From: Microcoleus sp.
GTDB lineage: Bacteria > Cyanobacteriota > Cyanobacteriia > Cyanobacteriales > Microcoleaceae
DNA: 64,000 nucleotides
Assembly (NCBI GenBank): GCA_042408215.1
Contig: JAYFMW010000017.1
Location: 480,001-544,000 of the forward strand
Direction: 5' to 3'
Part shown: positions 52,976 through 64,000 of the stretch, piece by piece
How positions within the stretch are numbered: position 1 is the stretch's first letter
How the letters are laid out: each line of letters opens with the position of its first letter
Position numbers and translations under genes: made by a program
The notes under the pieces: generated by a model
What the model was told of the DNA's origin: nothing
The model's input: only the letters and a program-made list of their open reading frames with translations
Database searches by the model: none

Positions 52976-53512
52976 ATGAAAAAGTTTCAAGTGTTAGCTG
53001 GCATTGTTTCGACAGTCGCGATCGCAGGTAGTATAGCCTTCGGTGAGGCTGCATCTGCTGAGACCTGTTTTTATAACAAATCCGGCGCTCCTAAATCCGG
53101 TTTTGGGACAACTCTGGTTGGTTCCGGGGGCGAGGCTCAAATGAATCCATGTAAATCTTACTACAAAGCAGCAGCCCTAGGTTTCCTCGGCTTGGCTGGG
53201 GTTTTGGGTGGCGGTGCTGGGTACATGAGTTATCGCGTCGGTAAGCGGGCTAGTGCTGCTTGCGCTGCGATGAGCGACAATTTTGAAGTTTTTGAAGAGT
53301 CGATCGCTCCGATCGCAGAGAATGGTGTTGCTGAATACCTGGAAGTTCCCGGCGAACTCGATTTCGCTGCGGATGCCGTGAGGAAGCCTAATGTGGCTGT
53401 AACTGAGTCAGCAGAAGCCGTTGCAGTCGTTCGCGAACACCCGGAAGCACCGGGCGGCGAACTGGATTTACCCGTTGTTGAAGTTGTCGAGTTGCTATCC
53501 CCGAAGCATTGA
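52976..53512 (+). CDS. Hypothetical secreted/membrane protein
   Basis: Signal peptide, TM segment, acidic tail. Confidence 0.6.
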   Translation: MKKFQVLAGIVSTVAIAGSIAFGEAASAETCFYNKSGAPKSGFGTTLVGSGGEAQMNPCKSYYKAAALGFLGLAGVLGGGAGYMSYRVGKRASAACAAMSDNFEVFEESIAPIAENGVAEYLEVPGELDFAADAVRKPNVAVTESAEAVAVVREHPEAPGGELDLPVVEVVELLSPKH

Positions 53513-53765
53513 ACAAAACTCGACAATTTACGATCGTCCTGAAAGATGTCTTGTCTAAGGCGATCGTCAATGAGTTAGTTTAAATCCAAGTATTCGCCCT
53601 TTTGCCTTCAGTCTTTAAAGGCTGGGGGCTTGTTTGCGAAATTCTGGATCGTGCGAGTCCCATATTCACGATCGATCTAAGGATAGAGGGCAAAGGCTAA
53701 ACTTGGCTGCTATGGTATAAAATAAATCCCTATAAACCTAGTTTCCACATTAATCACAACATTTT

Positions 53766-54371
53766 ATGAGTTCTTTGCGCGATCGATTCAATCAATTTAC
53801 AGGTAAAACCCGATTCGCAGTTTGCCGCGTGTTCGTTCACCTAACCGGTGAGGAAGTCGCACCAGTGTTGGGAGTTCTCAACAGCACTGCTAGAGACGCA
53901 ATTGATGCCGATGGCGACTTAACAGTTTTAGGAGAATGCCTCGTAGAAGTTTGCAATCACCTATTGCAATACGATAACTACTGGCAATCAGCTGCCAACG
54001 AAGGTGATGTTTTTTGGGATGAAGGGGAAGCCGGCGATTATGTAGAGGAACTGTTTACTGATTCAGCGGAACGCTATCTCAGCGAACCTCAATATACCGA
54101 CTCTGTTTATGATAAAAATTCCCCCTTATCTTTGCCTGTCACCAGCAATGTAGTGGTGATGCTTACATTCGCTTATGAAGGCGAAGTTCCGGCACTGGAA
54201 ACAGACCTCGCCAATATCAGCGCGCTGAAATTAGGTTTGAAAGCAATGATTAATTTACATTACCAGCAAAAGCTTCGTGCTGTCCAAGTTCATTTTTCTC
54301 CCGCACAGTTGGGAGACGAACTTACTAACGATCAATTGTTGGTAAATTTCCCCGAACTCATTCCCCTTTAA
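53766..54371 (+). CDS. DUF1517 domain protein
   Basis: AV.VHFSP...GD.LT.DQLL.NFPELIPL C-terminus. Confidence 0.82.
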   Translation: MSSLRDRFNQFTGKTRFAVCRVFVHLTGEEVAPVLGVLNSTARDAIDADGDLTVLGECLVEVCNHLLQYDNYWQSAANEGDVFWDEGEAGDYVEELFTDSAERYLSEPQYTDSVYDKNSPLSLPVTSNVVVMLTFAYEGEVPALETDLANISALKLGLKAMINLHYQQKLRAVQVHFSPAQLGDELTNDQLLVNFPELIPL

Positions 54372-54464
54372 GGAAGTGATTAGTCAGTAGTCAGGAGTCA
54401 TTAGTTATTAGTCATTAGTCATTAGTCAGTAGTCATTGGTTATTTGTTGGTTGTTATAATAACC

Positions 54465-54608
54465 AATTCCCGATTCCCAATTCCCAATTCCCAATTCCCA
54501 ATTCCCGATTCCCAATTCCCAATTCCCAATTCCCAATTCCCAATTCCCAATTCCCGATTCCCAATTCCCGATTCCCAATTCCCAATTCCCAATTCCCAAT
54601 TCCCAATT
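54465..54608. repeat. Heptamer STRR (ATTCCCA/ATTCCCG)n
   Basis: Seen directly. Confidence 0.95.
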
Positions 54609-54615
54609 AGTATTT

Positions 54616-55485
54616 ATGCTGCGAAAGTTGATAGTTTATTTCATGGCTTTAAGTTTGTGTTTGACTACTCTAGCCTGCGGTTCAGAAGAGCCAACAGCTT
54701 CTGTAAATCGCAATGTCAATAATCCCACGGCTACCAGGGCTAACATCAAGAGTGTAACTCAAGGGCAATATCCCGTACAGCAAGCTACCTACGATGATGT
54801 GGAGGGCGAGTACAGTTTGATGTTGCTGAATACTCCCCCCGGAACTTCGTCTGTTTACCGTTCTACGGATTTGCAAATGGCTCGGTTAACTGATGCAGAA
54901 AGATCGGGAGGTAAGAAAAGTTATCTAAATCTGGAGAACAATAAAGCGAGCTTGCATTTGACAGAAGATTTTAAAATAGAGTACGTTCATAACGTGACTG
55001 AAACTGTCAATAACCCTCAAACTGGTCAGCCTCAAACGGTGGTAGTGAGACAACAATCAGGCTTCTGGGCACCGTTTGCTGGGGCTGTGGCTGGTCAGGC
55101 GATCGGCAGTTTGTTGTTTACACCGCGATATTATATGCCGCCAGCCTATCAGCCGGGGATTATGACCGGATATGGTGGGTATGGTAATACTTACGGCGAA
55201 GCTGTTAACCAATATCAAACTCGCTACCAAACTCCCCCTGCTGCGGTGAGAAACCGTCAAACTTTAAGAACGACTGGCCGCTTGCGATCGCCCACATCGA
55301 ACGTACCAGCAACACGCCAAGCATCGCCAAATGCTAATCGCTCGACGGGTTCGGGTTACGGTGGTAGCAATTTGAGGCGATCGCAAAATCCAACTTCCCC
55401 GCAAAGGCGTAGTCCGAGTTTTGGTAGCGGCGGGGCTTCTCGTCAACCGAGTCGGAGTGGCTCTTTCGGGAGCAGAAGGCGCTGA
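54616..55485 (+). CDS. Putative lipoprotein with Gly/Ser/Arg-rich tail
   Basis: Lipobox [15 protein letters not shown]. Confidence 0.75.
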   Translation: MLRKLIVYFMALSLCLTTLACGSEEPTASVNRNVNNPTATRANIKSVTQGQYPVQQATYDDVEGEYSLMLLNTPPGTSSVYRSTDLQMARLTDAERSGGKKSYLNLENNKASLHLTEDFKIEYVHNVTETVNNPQTGQPQTVVVRQQSGFWAPFAGAVAGQAIGSLLFTPRYYMPPAYQPGIMTGYGGYGNTYGEAVNQYQTRYQTPPAAVRNRQTLRTTGRLRSPTSNVPATRQASPNANRSTGSGYGGSNLRRSQNPTSPQRRSPSFGSGGASRQPSRSGSFGSRRR

Positions 55486-55828
55486 ATAATCTAGGTTTAG
55501 ACTGTAGGAAAGTTTGCCTTTCCTTGCAGTTTATTTTGATGATTCAAAAACCAGATAAGTTCTGCGACAATCCCGAATGGGTAAAAAAAGGAAGACTAAT
55601 TCTGTAGCGCAATGCGTCGCTTTTGAGTCCAAGACTGTTCAATCACAACCAGACCCAAAAATATGTGATTTAATTTCTATAGCGGTTTTCAAGGAAGTGA
55701 GGTACTGGAGGCAATTGGCAATTCACTTCTATGAAAAGGAAACATCTATGCCCTATGCCCTATGCCCTATGCCCATGAGCACCTTATTTACCTGAGAAAA
55801 GCTATACATTAGTATGTAGGTGACAAGT

Positions 55829-56836
55829 ATGTCTTCTTCACAACCCCCGTCCAGAGAAAAAAAACCTTTAGGATTGGATGAATTAATTGCGATCGTCGTT
55901 GCATTCGGCACGATAGGAGCAATTTTCTTTTGGGTAACAGGCAGAAATCCAGAGCGATTACGCACCGCAAATTGGCAATTTCCAGCGGTTTTTTCTCAAC
56001 CTGCTGTTACACCGGAGAGTCCAAGAATATTAACGCCAGCCCGGCCGAATTCGGCTGGGCGATCGCCCGCCGCGCCAATTCCCTCTCCCTCTCCATCACC
56101 AGCCCCTGTTGCACCATTACCGGAAGAAGTAGTCACTCCAATTCCTTTGGTTCCTCCGGTTAGCGTTGCACCAAAACAGCCAATTGGGCGATCGACTCAG
56201 CCCCCAGCAACTACCAAACCTAAAGCCACTAAAGCAAAAGTTGGCCCCGTCAAATTCTCCGATGTTCCTGATAAATATTGGGCGCGTCCATTTATTCTAG
56301 CTTTAGTCGATCGGAAAATCTTTGCTGATGTCACCGACAGCAAATTTCGTCCCGACGAACCGATAACGCGAGCCGAACTAGCCGGTTTAATTCAGCGAAT
56401 GTCGGACAAAGAACCGCGCCGAAAACCGATTGATTTTAAAGACGTAAAAGACAAGAGTCCTGTCGCTCCTTCCATCAACCACAGCGTCAAAACCGGATAT
56501 CTTAAAGGATACCCAAACAATGAGTTCCGTCCCGATAAACAAGTTCCCCGTGTAGAAGTAATCGCAGCTTTGGCCAGCGGTTTGAACCTGAAACCATCAA
56601 CGAAAGCAACCAAAACTTTACAAGTTTATACAGACAGAAAAAAAGTCCCGAAATGGGCCATTGACAAAGTAGCAGCAGCCACGGAAGCGGGGATTGTTGT
56701 CAACCATCCGAAGCGCCAACTTTTGCAGCCAAATCGCACAGCAACTCGCGCTGAAGTAGCGGCCATGATTTACCAAGCTATGGCAAAACAAGGAAAAGTA
56801 CCAGCTAAACCTTCTCAATACGTTGTCCGGCTTTAA
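55829..56836 (+). CDS. S-layer homology (SLH) domain protein
   Basis: FSDVP..YWA, FRPDEPITRAE, GYPNNEFRP, ATRAEVAA; TM + Pro-rich linker. Confidence 0.9.
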   Translation: MSSSQPPSREKKPLGLDELIAIVVAFGTIGAIFFWVTGRNPERLRTANWQFPAVFSQPAVTPESPRILTPARPNSAGRSPAAPIPSPSPSPAPVAPLPEEVVTPIPLVPPVSVAPKQPIGRSTQPPATTKPKATKAKVGPVKFSDVPDKYWARPFILALVDRKIFADVTDSKFRPDEPITRAELAGLIQRMSDKEPRRKPIDFKDVKDKSPVAPSINHSVKTGYLKGYPNNEFRPDKQVPRVEVIAALASGLNLKPSTKATKTLQVYTDRKKVPKWAIDKVAAATEAGIVVNHPKRQLLQPNRTATRAEVAAMIYQAMAKQGKVPAKPSQYVVRL

Positions 56837-57022
56837 TTAGAGGAATGAAGTCATCACTACGAACCTGTTTGTAGCGATCGCTTCATACCAAATCCGGCTT
56901 AAATATCCCCTTATTTCTTAGTCCGTCCGCCTCCGTTCGAGGATAAACTCCGGCGGACTTCGTTTGTGTAGACGCGATTTCAATCGCCGAGTGATAAAGG
57001 GGATAACTACGAACAAACTAGA

Positions 57023-58564
57023 TTAATCTTGAAACACCATAATACTCCCCGAATAACAAGCCACCCAAACCTGATTAGTTTGCGGATCGTAAGTAATGCC
57101 GATCGGACTTGCATTCACATTCACCGTTTGCAGCACCTTCAGATCGCTCGTGCGAACCTTACTGACACTATTGGAGAAATAATTGACCACATAAATTAGT
57201 TTACCATCATCAGAAATCGCCATGCTGCGAGGAGCACTACCCGTCGAAACTTTATCCACAACCTCACCAGTTTTCAAGTCAATTTTTGCTACATTCCCTT
57301 CACCGTTTAAAGTCGCATAAAGATACTTACCATTAGGATCGATCGCCAAATGACGCGGCGCATTGCCAATATTTCGCAGCCATTTTACCGAAAAATCTCT
57401 GAGATTAACTTTAGCAATATCCGAAGAACCCATGACAGCAACGTAGGCAGTTTTTGAGTCGGGAGTAACAACAATACCGCGAGGATATGCACCCAATTTC
57501 ACCCGCTCGATTTCGCGGTTTTGATCGGTGTCAACTACGCTCAAATCCCAACTGCACCAATTACTCGCCAGCACCAAGCGATTGTCTGGCGAAACCGCAT
57601 TGAATTTCGGAACAGCACCCACAGGAATTACTTTTTCAATTTTCAGAGTTGCGGTATTAATTCTGTAGAGGAAACTTTGGTCATGTTTTGCTCCGGGAGA
57701 ACACCTGTCACTTCCCGGATTGTCAAACCCCGAACCATACATTTGATAGTTCGATACATAGGCGTATTTGCCATCACTTGAAAACGCAGCTTCAACGGGG
57801 GAACCTTGATAATTACCCTTGAATTTGGAAAAGCCGAACTTTGACAAATTTACTCGATCGGGAATAGTCTTGACTAACTTAAAGTTCCTGTCGTAAACTG
57901 TAATTGTGTGGCTGTACATCATGTTTTGAGCAAAAAACAAACCCGCTCCTGAATAAACTATTGATTTGGGCGATATGCTGCCATATATAGTTTTTTTCAG
58001 CGTCATTTTGCTGTTATTGTTGGCGCGAGGAGGAACCAGCTTTTTGGGTGTTTCTGGAGTGGGATTTGCGATCGCAGGCGCTGGTGAAGGCTGAGTTTTA
58101 GTGGTATCTTCTGATTTTTTTTGATTTTCGGTTTCAGTAGGAGATGGGGAAGAGCGATCGACTTTGGGAGAGATTTTTGCCGCAGGTGCTGATTTAGTGT
58201 CTTCCGGCTTAATTTTGAGTGCTGATAAAGTTTTATGGCCGACAATTCCGTCAACTTTGAGATTATTTTCTGCTTGGAACTTTCTCACAGCAGCAGCAGT
58301 GACAGAACCGTAAAATCCGGTAGCGCGGCCGCGAAAATATCCTGCATTTTGTAAAGTCTTCTGGAGTTCGGCAACTTCCGGGCCTGAATCGCCTCTTCTG
58401 ATGGCGAGTGCGGGATTGACCAAATTTAAGATTGTGAGAGCGATCGTCAAGAATAGTAAAGCAGTTGCAGCTAAATTCAGATGCGTTTTAGAATTAGTTC
58501 TTTGAAGCTGACTTGCAGGGGTTTCCCAAGTTTCAGCTAAATGCAGGTAAGCCAGTCCGTCCAT
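57023..58564 (-). CDS. Peptidoglycan-binding domain + YVTN/YncE beta-propeller protein
   Basis: GDSGPEV..LQ..L...GYF...AVR.FQ...L.VDGIVG; repeated PDGK/YV.N blades. Confidence 0.85.
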   Translation of the reverse strand: MDGLAYLHLAETWETPASQLQRTNSKTHLNLAATALLFLTIALTILNLVNPALAIRRGDSGPEVAELQKTLQNAGYFRGRATGFYGSVTAAAVRKFQAENNLKVDGIVGHKTLSALKIKPEDTKSAPAAKISPKVDRSSPSPTETENQKKSEDTTKTQPSPAPAIANPTPETPKKLVPPRANNNSKMTLKKTIYGSISPKSIVYSGAGLFFAQNMMYSHTITVYDRNFKLVKTIPDRVNLSKFGFSKFKGNYQGSPVEAAFSSDGKYAYVSNYQMYGSGFDNPGSDRCSPGAKHDQSFLYRINTATLKIEKVIPVGAVPKFNAVSPDNRLVLASNWCSWDLSVVDTDQNREIERVKLGAYPRGIVVTPDSKTAYVAVMGSSDIAKVNLRDFSVKWLRNIGNAPRHLAIDPNGKYLYATLNGEGNVAKIDLKTGEVVDKVSTGSAPRSMAISDDGKLIYVVNYFSNSVSKVRTSDLKVLQTVNVNASPIGITYDPQTNQVWVACYSGSIMVFQD

Positions 58565-58699
58565 AATTTTTACCAAGTAGTTTTGGCACTATGCTACACC
58601 AGTTAACAGTTGAAAATATAGAAAATACTATTATAATTAAATGCAGTGTAAAATGTGCGAACAGTTTTTAATGGTGTCAGCCAGTAGGAGTCAGCAATC

Positions 58700-59902
58700 A
58701 TGTTGAGTTGGGAACAAACACCCGCAGAAGCAACGACAAAAGAATGCCCCCCGATAGTACAATATGACGGTTACGGCGGACTTTGCCAGCGGGCTTGGGT
58801 AGAAATCGATTTAGCAGCTTTAACCTATAATATAAAACAGCTTAAAAATATCTTATCTCCCGAAACAGAATTGATGGCAATTGTCAAGGCAGATGCTTAC
58901 GGCCACGGTGCGATCGCAGTTAGTCAAACAGCCTTGTCAGCAGGTGCTAGTTGGCTGGGAGTGGCGACAATTCCAGAGGGAATTGAATTGCGAGAAGCGG
59001 GGATAGAAGCTCCGATTTTACTATTGGGTGCAACTCATACAGCGGAACAGGTAAAAGCGATCGCCCATTGGCACTTGCAGCCGACTATTTGTACTCCCAA
59101 ACAAGCCCTAATTTTTTCCGAGTTGCTCGTCACGATCAACCAATCTTTGCCAGTTCACGCTAAGTTGGATACGGGAATGTCTCGCTTGGGTACACCAGGG
59201 CGGGAAGCAACAGAATTTGTGCAGTTGGTGCAGCGGTTGCCTAATTTGCAATTAGCTAGCGTTTACTCTCACTTGGCTACGGCAGATCATCCCGATCGCA
59301 CTATTATGTTACAGCAGCACCAGCACTTTGAACAAGCGATCGCCCAAATTAAGATAGCAGGAATTAATCCCGATCGCCTGCACTTGGCAAACTCTGCTGC
59401 TACCCTCACGAACCCCGATTTACATTACGATTTAGTGCGAGTCGGTTTAGCTACTTACGGTCTTTATCCAGCCCCTCACTTGCAAAGTGCGATCGATTTA
59501 AAGCCTGTAATGCAGGTAAAAGCTAGGGTAACGCAGGTGAAAACCATAGAACCAGGAACCGGTGTCAGTTACGGTCATCAATTCGTGGCCGAGCAACAGA
59601 CGCAGATTGCTGTAGTTGGCATCGGTTATGCCGATGGCATTCCGCGCAATCTTTCTAATAAAATGAAGGTTTTAATTAGGGGTAATTTTGTGCAGCAAGT
59701 GGGAGCAGTGACGATGGATCAATTAATGCTCGATGTAACCGATATTCCAGATTTAGAAGTCGGTGAAGTGGTGACTTTGTTGGGTCAAGATGGGGAAAAT
59801 CAGATTTCTGCTGATGATTGGGCTGCGACTTTAGGAACTATTTCGTGGGAAATTCTCTGCGGTTTTAAACACCGATTGCCACGCGTAGGAGTAAACTATT
59901 AA
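58700..59902 (+). CDS. alr: Alanine racemase
   Basis: AIVKADAYGHG, DTGMSRLG, GYADG, TISWE. Confidence 0.97.
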   Translation: MLSWEQTPAEATTKECPPIVQYDGYGGLCQRAWVEIDLAALTYNIKQLKNILSPETELMAIVKADAYGHGAIAVSQTALSAGASWLGVATIPEGIELREAGIEAPILLLGATHTAEQVKAIAHWHLQPTICTPKQALIFSELLVTINQSLPVHAKLDTGMSRLGTPGREATEFVQLVQRLPNLQLASVYSHLATADHPDRTIMLQQHQHFEQAIAQIKIAGINPDRLHLANSAATLTNPDLHYDLVRVGLATYGLYPAPHLQSAIDLKPVMQVKARVTQVKTIEPGTGVSYGHQFVAEQQTQIAVVGIGYADGIPRNLSNKMKVLIRGNFVQQVGAVTMDQLMLDVTDIPDLEVGEVVTLLGQDGENQISADDWAATLGTISWEILCGFKHRLPRVGVNY

Positions 59903-60221
59903 CTGTTTTTAGATGACTTGAGCTATGAGACAGTCCGGCTGGGGTTTAAACCCCTGTCGGACTGTCGGACTCTTGGAGCGATCGAAAAGACTGAGACTGC
60001 ATTTACCAATTCCCAATACTTCGGCTACGCTTAGTACAAGTTCCCAATTCCCAAGTTATATGACAGTATTGGGATTTTTTCAACTCTCACAGTCCAGGAC
60101 GCACAGCATCTACATATAGCGTTTTGTAGGGGCAATCCCCCGTGGTTGCCCCTATCCATAGGATTGTTGCGTCCAGGACTATTTCAAATCTCAAATATCC
60201 AATCAATCCGAGGTATTTTCT

Positions 60222-61343
60222 ATGAGCAAGTGGTATCCGCAGGAAATTTTGCAAGAAGCAGGTGTCAGGATTTCCCCAGCCGAAAAAAAAACAATTCTCA
60301 GCAAATTTCCGCCTCCAGACGAAAACGGTCAAATCTATGCAGACGGCATCTTTGAAGGCGGCGGCGTGCGGGGAGTTGCATTTTTAGGAGCACTCAGATG
60401 CTGTAGCGATTTGGGCATCCGCTGGCGAAAACTAGCCGGCACTTCTGCCGGTGCAATTACCGCCGCAGTATTAGCAACAGACTTGTCAATGGATGACTTA
60501 GAAGAACTGTTGGGACAGCTCGATTATAGCATATTCTTGAGCAAAAAAAACAGTCCTTTAATTATCAATGGCGACCCAGCAGACGACTTGCAATCCCCGG
60601 TTTGGACGCTATTTTTCCTAACAATTAGTCGCCAGATGGGAGAATATTCTTCCTTGCCTTTCCGCCAGTGGCTGGAAGCAACCCTCGCCCAAGGTCATTT
60701 GCGAACTTTTGCCGATGTTAAACAGGTAAAAGACCGCGAATTAAAAGTAGTAATATCCAACCTCAGTCGCGGTGAAATGTTGGTGCTACCAGACGATTTG
60801 CAGCGGCGCGAATCGGCGGATTCCGATGCTTTGTACCAGCAGTTACGACTCAACAGCGCCGAAGATTTTAGCGTAGCTGAAGCAGTGCGGTTGTCGATGA
60901 GTATTCCGCTATTTTTTGAACCGGGAAAACTCGGCAATGACCTAATTGTAGATGGGGGAATTCTGAGCAATTTCCCACTGTGGATTTATGACAGACAATC
61001 CGGTTCGACTCCCGTTGCACCCCGCTGGTTTACCTTTGGGTTTCGATTAGTTGATACTGGAATTGAGAATCAAGTTAACATTAACAGTCCGGTGTCGATA
61101 CTGGCGGCAATGTTCACAACTATGATGAAAGCAAGAGACCGCTATCACCAGCGGGAGATGGATAAAGGCAGAGTTATTAATATTGATGTGACAGAAGCCC
61201 AGGTGACGACGACAGACTTCAATCTAGATGCCGATCGCAAGGCTAAACTGTATCGGTTAGGATACTTGTATACTAAGAGGTTCTTCTTGAGTGCCAATTT
61301 TAGCTGGGAAAAGCACTTAAAGGCCAGGGGATTTGGGGAATAG
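60222..61343 (+). CDS. Patatin-like phospholipase
   Basis: EGGGVRG, GTSAG, DGG. Confidence 0.92.
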   Translation: MSKWYPQEILQEAGVRISPAEKKTILSKFPPPDENGQIYADGIFEGGGVRGVAFLGALRCCSDLGIRWRKLAGTSAGAITAAVLATDLSMDDLEELLGQLDYSIFLSKKNSPLIINGDPADDLQSPVWTLFFLTISRQMGEYSSLPFRQWLEATLAQGHLRTFADVKQVKDRELKVVISNLSRGEMLVLPDDLQRRESADSDALYQQLRLNSAEDFSVAEAVRLSMSIPLFFEPGKLGNDLIVDGGILSNFPLWIYDRQSGSTPVAPRWFTFGFRLVDTGIENQVNINSPVSILAAMFTTMMKARDRYHQREMDKGRVINIDVTEAQVTTTDFNLDADRKAKLYRLGYLYTKRFFLSANFSWEKHLKARGFGE

Positions 61344-61405
61344 GCATCGGTTCAGATGCCAGATGCTAAACAGAGTCAGGCTTTCAGGAAATTTTAAATT
61401 TGGGG

Positions 61406-61435
61406 TTGCCAAAGCCTGAATGTGTGTGCTATGAT
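61406..61435 (+). promoter_or_regulatory. tRNA promoter TTGCCA-18-TATGAT (extended TG)
   Basis: Lies 15 nt upstream of the tRNA. Confidence 0.55.
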
Positions 61436-61450
61436 TAGTTGCTGTCATCT

Positions 61451-61539
61451 GGAGAGGTGGCTGAGTGGTCGAAAGCGGCAGATTGCTAATCTGTTAAGGG
61501 TGTTATCACCCTTCGGGGGTTCGAATCCCCCCCTCTCCG
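61451..61539 (+). tRNA. trnS: tRNA-Ser(GCT)
   Basis: GGAGAGG/CCTCTCC acceptor stem, GCAGA-TT-GCT-AA-TCTGT anticodon arm, long variable arm, GGTTCGAATCC; CCA not encoded. Confidence 0.97.
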
Positions 61540-61608
61540 TTCTACGGATATTTCAACTTAACAGTGAATAAGATATGTCAAAATATCTTATCTATGTTGG
61601 TATATCTT

Positions 61609-62743
61609 ATGCGTGATTTTGGGGAAGAACTGGGGAAGGTTAACCGTTCGTTAGATAAAGTGCAAATCAGGCAAAAGGGCGATCGCCTCTACGTCAGAGC
61701 CACTCTCCCAGCCAAACCGGGAGAGGGGGAAAAACCAAAGCGATACGAACTGAGCACCGGATACGGCACTCACTCAGAAGGACTGAAATTTGCCAAAGCA
61801 AAAGCCTTAGAAATTGAAGGGCAGTTGTTGCGAGAAAATTTTGAGTGGACTCCTTGGCTTAGAGGTAAGCAAAAACCACCAGAAACCGTTGGCGAGTGGT
61901 TGGTAAAATTTGAAAATAATTACTGGGAGTCGCGGGAAAAATCTCTAGCAAAAATATCAACATGGAAAGCCTCTTATCAAGAAGCGTTCGATCGCCTGGA
62001 TGCGGAAAAGCCGCTAACTGAAGGATTGTTGAAAGCGGAAATCTTGGCATCCAAAGCCGGCACTCGCACCAGGGAAAAACTTTGTTTTGCTTACGGTGCA
62101 ATTGCCAGATTTTCAGGGCTTGAGGTTAAATTTTCCGAGCTAGCTGTTGGGTGCGGGGCTAAAATCCAGAGAGAATTACCCTCGGATTTAGAGATTGAAG
62201 CAATGCACGACACGATCGCCAACCCTGCTTGGCAGTGGGTATTTGGAATGCTAGCAACTTACGGTCTCAGACCTCATGAGGTTTTTAAGCTTGACTGCTC
62301 AGAACTCAATTCAGAACCTGGCTGGCTGCGAGTATTGCCAGACACCAAAACTAAAGAGCGGTTAATTTTGCCACTAAAACCAAATTGGCGATCGGATTGG
62401 AAACTTTGGGAAGTAAGCCTGCCCCAACACAATTACAGAAAACAGAACCAACCAACAAATAGGAGGAAAAGTTACCCCCAGCTTGCACGAACAGGGAATC
62501 GCGCTGACAGCCTACCATTTGCGCGATGCCTACGCGGTCAGGGGTTCCGTGCTTGGAATCGATCCGGCAATCGTCGCGCGATGGATGGGACACTCGCTCC
62601 AAATCCACTTTGACAAATACCACAAACACATCAGCAAGCGCGATTTTGAGCAAGCTTGGAGAAAAGCCACAGCTAGCGATTTTCCGGTGAAATTTTGCCA
62701 AGCAACCACATTAATTAATATCCTGTTCCCATTAAAGCTGTAA
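61609..62743 (+). pseudogene. Tyrosine recombinase/integrase, frameshifted near 62425
   Basis: TYGLRPHE in one frame; YHLRDAYA, WMGHS, H...Y in another. Confidence 0.85.
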
Positions 62744-62946
62744 TGAATACCAGCTTTAATACAGTGATTTCGAGGATTCAACCGGGCGGCATTTACCATT
62801 TTTCTTAGTTTTGACTCAGATTGACCTAAAGCAATCGCGGCTAATTTAATAGGCTGATTTTCCTGCATTAAACCGTAACTTCTGATGATAGTTTCTAGCG
62901 CTTTTACTCGTTCTTTAAGTTGTTCGATGTCTTGCCGATCGCTCAT
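62530..62946 (-). CDS. Hypothetical, possible excisionase-like HTH
   Basis: AA.ALGQSESKLRKMV...GIHY...ILIN pattern; GAAGG RBS. Confidence 0.5.
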   Translation of the reverse strand: MSDRQDIEQLKERVKALETIIRSYGLMQENQPIKLAAIALGQSESKLRKMVNAARLNPRNHCIKAGIHYSFNGNRILINVVAWQNFTGKSLAVAFLQACSKSRLLMCLWYLSKWIWSECPIHRATIAGSIPSTEPLTA

Positions 62947-63009
62947 TTTACCTTCCTCAAAAATCAAATGGTTTTAACTGTCCTTTAGGAAATCGCGCTT
63001 GGTCTGCGA

Positions 63010-63198
63010 TTAAATTGTCTGTCCCGCCAACTCGCGTACCAGTCGGCAGGCAATTCTTAGCGCCAAAACGGGTAGCAATTTTGCTGATACCCATTTGGCA
63101 GTGGAAGCATTCAACGCTCCAATTTCTAATTCGTATTTGATGAGACCTTTCTTGATCGCGTAAATGTAATCTTGAGTCCACTCAGATTTCTCAACCAT
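63010..63198 (-). CDS. Hypothetical protein (62 aa)
   Basis: AAGGA RBS, co-oriented with neighbours. Confidence 0.45.
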   Translation of the reverse strand: MVEKSEWTQDYIYAIKKGLIKYELEIGALNASTAKWVSAKLLPVLALRIACRLVRELAGQTI

Positions 63199-63268
63199 TT
63201 TGCTAATCCTTCAAGTTTTTAATTCTTATCAGTTCAGAAATTCGATCGCGCACTAACTCGTTTTCTGT

Positions 63269-64000
63269 TTATAGCCACTGATAGATGATTTCTTGAGAAT
63301 ATTTAGTGCCTGGTGATTGCCGACCAAACATCTGAGTAATCAGACTTTGTATGTGCTCAGGGTAATATTCAGTCCAGAAAATATTAGCAATGTCTCGCAT
63401 CTTCTCGGCGTCGATCGGATCTATATCTATGGGTGGCGGCGGCGATTTTTGGGCCTCTGCTTCCTGTGCCGATTTGAAGAGTTTGCCGATTCTCACCAAT
63501 TCTTCGCGAGGGAGCGCGGCTTTAATTCGATCTTTGAGCTCGGTATCTTTGCCCCAAACCGCTTCGCATTCGGCCCAGGTTTGGGCTGCTTGGAGTCTGG
63601 ATATTGAATTGCCTAAAGAATCGTCCCCGTTGTCCCCAATAGACCGCAAACTGTTATCGGATAACGGTTTGGAACCGCCGACGGCAGTGGGGATAGCTTC
63701 GTCCCCGGTACGTGTTTTGTCCCCACTGACAAAATTTGCTGGGGACAACTGGGGATGATTAGAATTGCCAGTGGGGACGGCTACAATCCTTGATAAATCT
63801 TGATTGTAGCCTGCTGGGGACAACGGGGTCGGGGATAGAGGGTGTTTGGTAGTTTCAAAGCAATGTACCACTGAGGTTATTTTTGGGAAACGCAGCCTTA
63901 TATACTTTTAAGTAAAAGACCGACTGCAAAAACCTATGAAAACCAACCAAATATTCCCAAAAGCACTGACAGTTTTTTTGACGTTATCAATCATCGGATC
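63269..64000 (-). pseudogene. Degraded C-terminal part of a mobile-element replication-type protein
   Basis: Low-complexity LSP/GD-rich ORF 63269-63871; stops/frameshift upstream; the assignment is an inference. Confidence 0.35.

Overview
64 kb of a filamentous cyanobacterial chromosome. It is inferred to be Oscillatoriales (Microcoleus/Tychonema-like) from abundant HIP1 GCGATCGC, heptamer STRRs and gene content. Core genes: lnt, recJ, psb30 (absent from the ORF track), yggT, aroE, apcE, moaA, narM, the atp1-atpB-E-G-F-H-A-C operon, a ferredoxin/DUF3326/CPBP cluster, radA, rpaB, a cyanoexosortase A operon, rfbB, alr and tRNA-Ser(GCT). The window is dense with small palindromic repeats. Several sit in frame inside core genes, and aroE carries 8x138 bp. 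Accessory material: an AT-rich islet with a PLD-like protein; an IS607 tnpA/tnpB element; three XRE repressor+operator cassettes joined at HIP1 sites; a frameshifted type IIG/ISP-like R-M gene between two inverted MITEs; a 401-bp ORF-less IS200/IS605 element carrying an IscB-type omegaRNA (HEARO), inserted exactly at a start codon; and a decaying integrative element at tRNA-Ser. No CRISPR array was found. All family assignments come from recalled motifs, not database searches.
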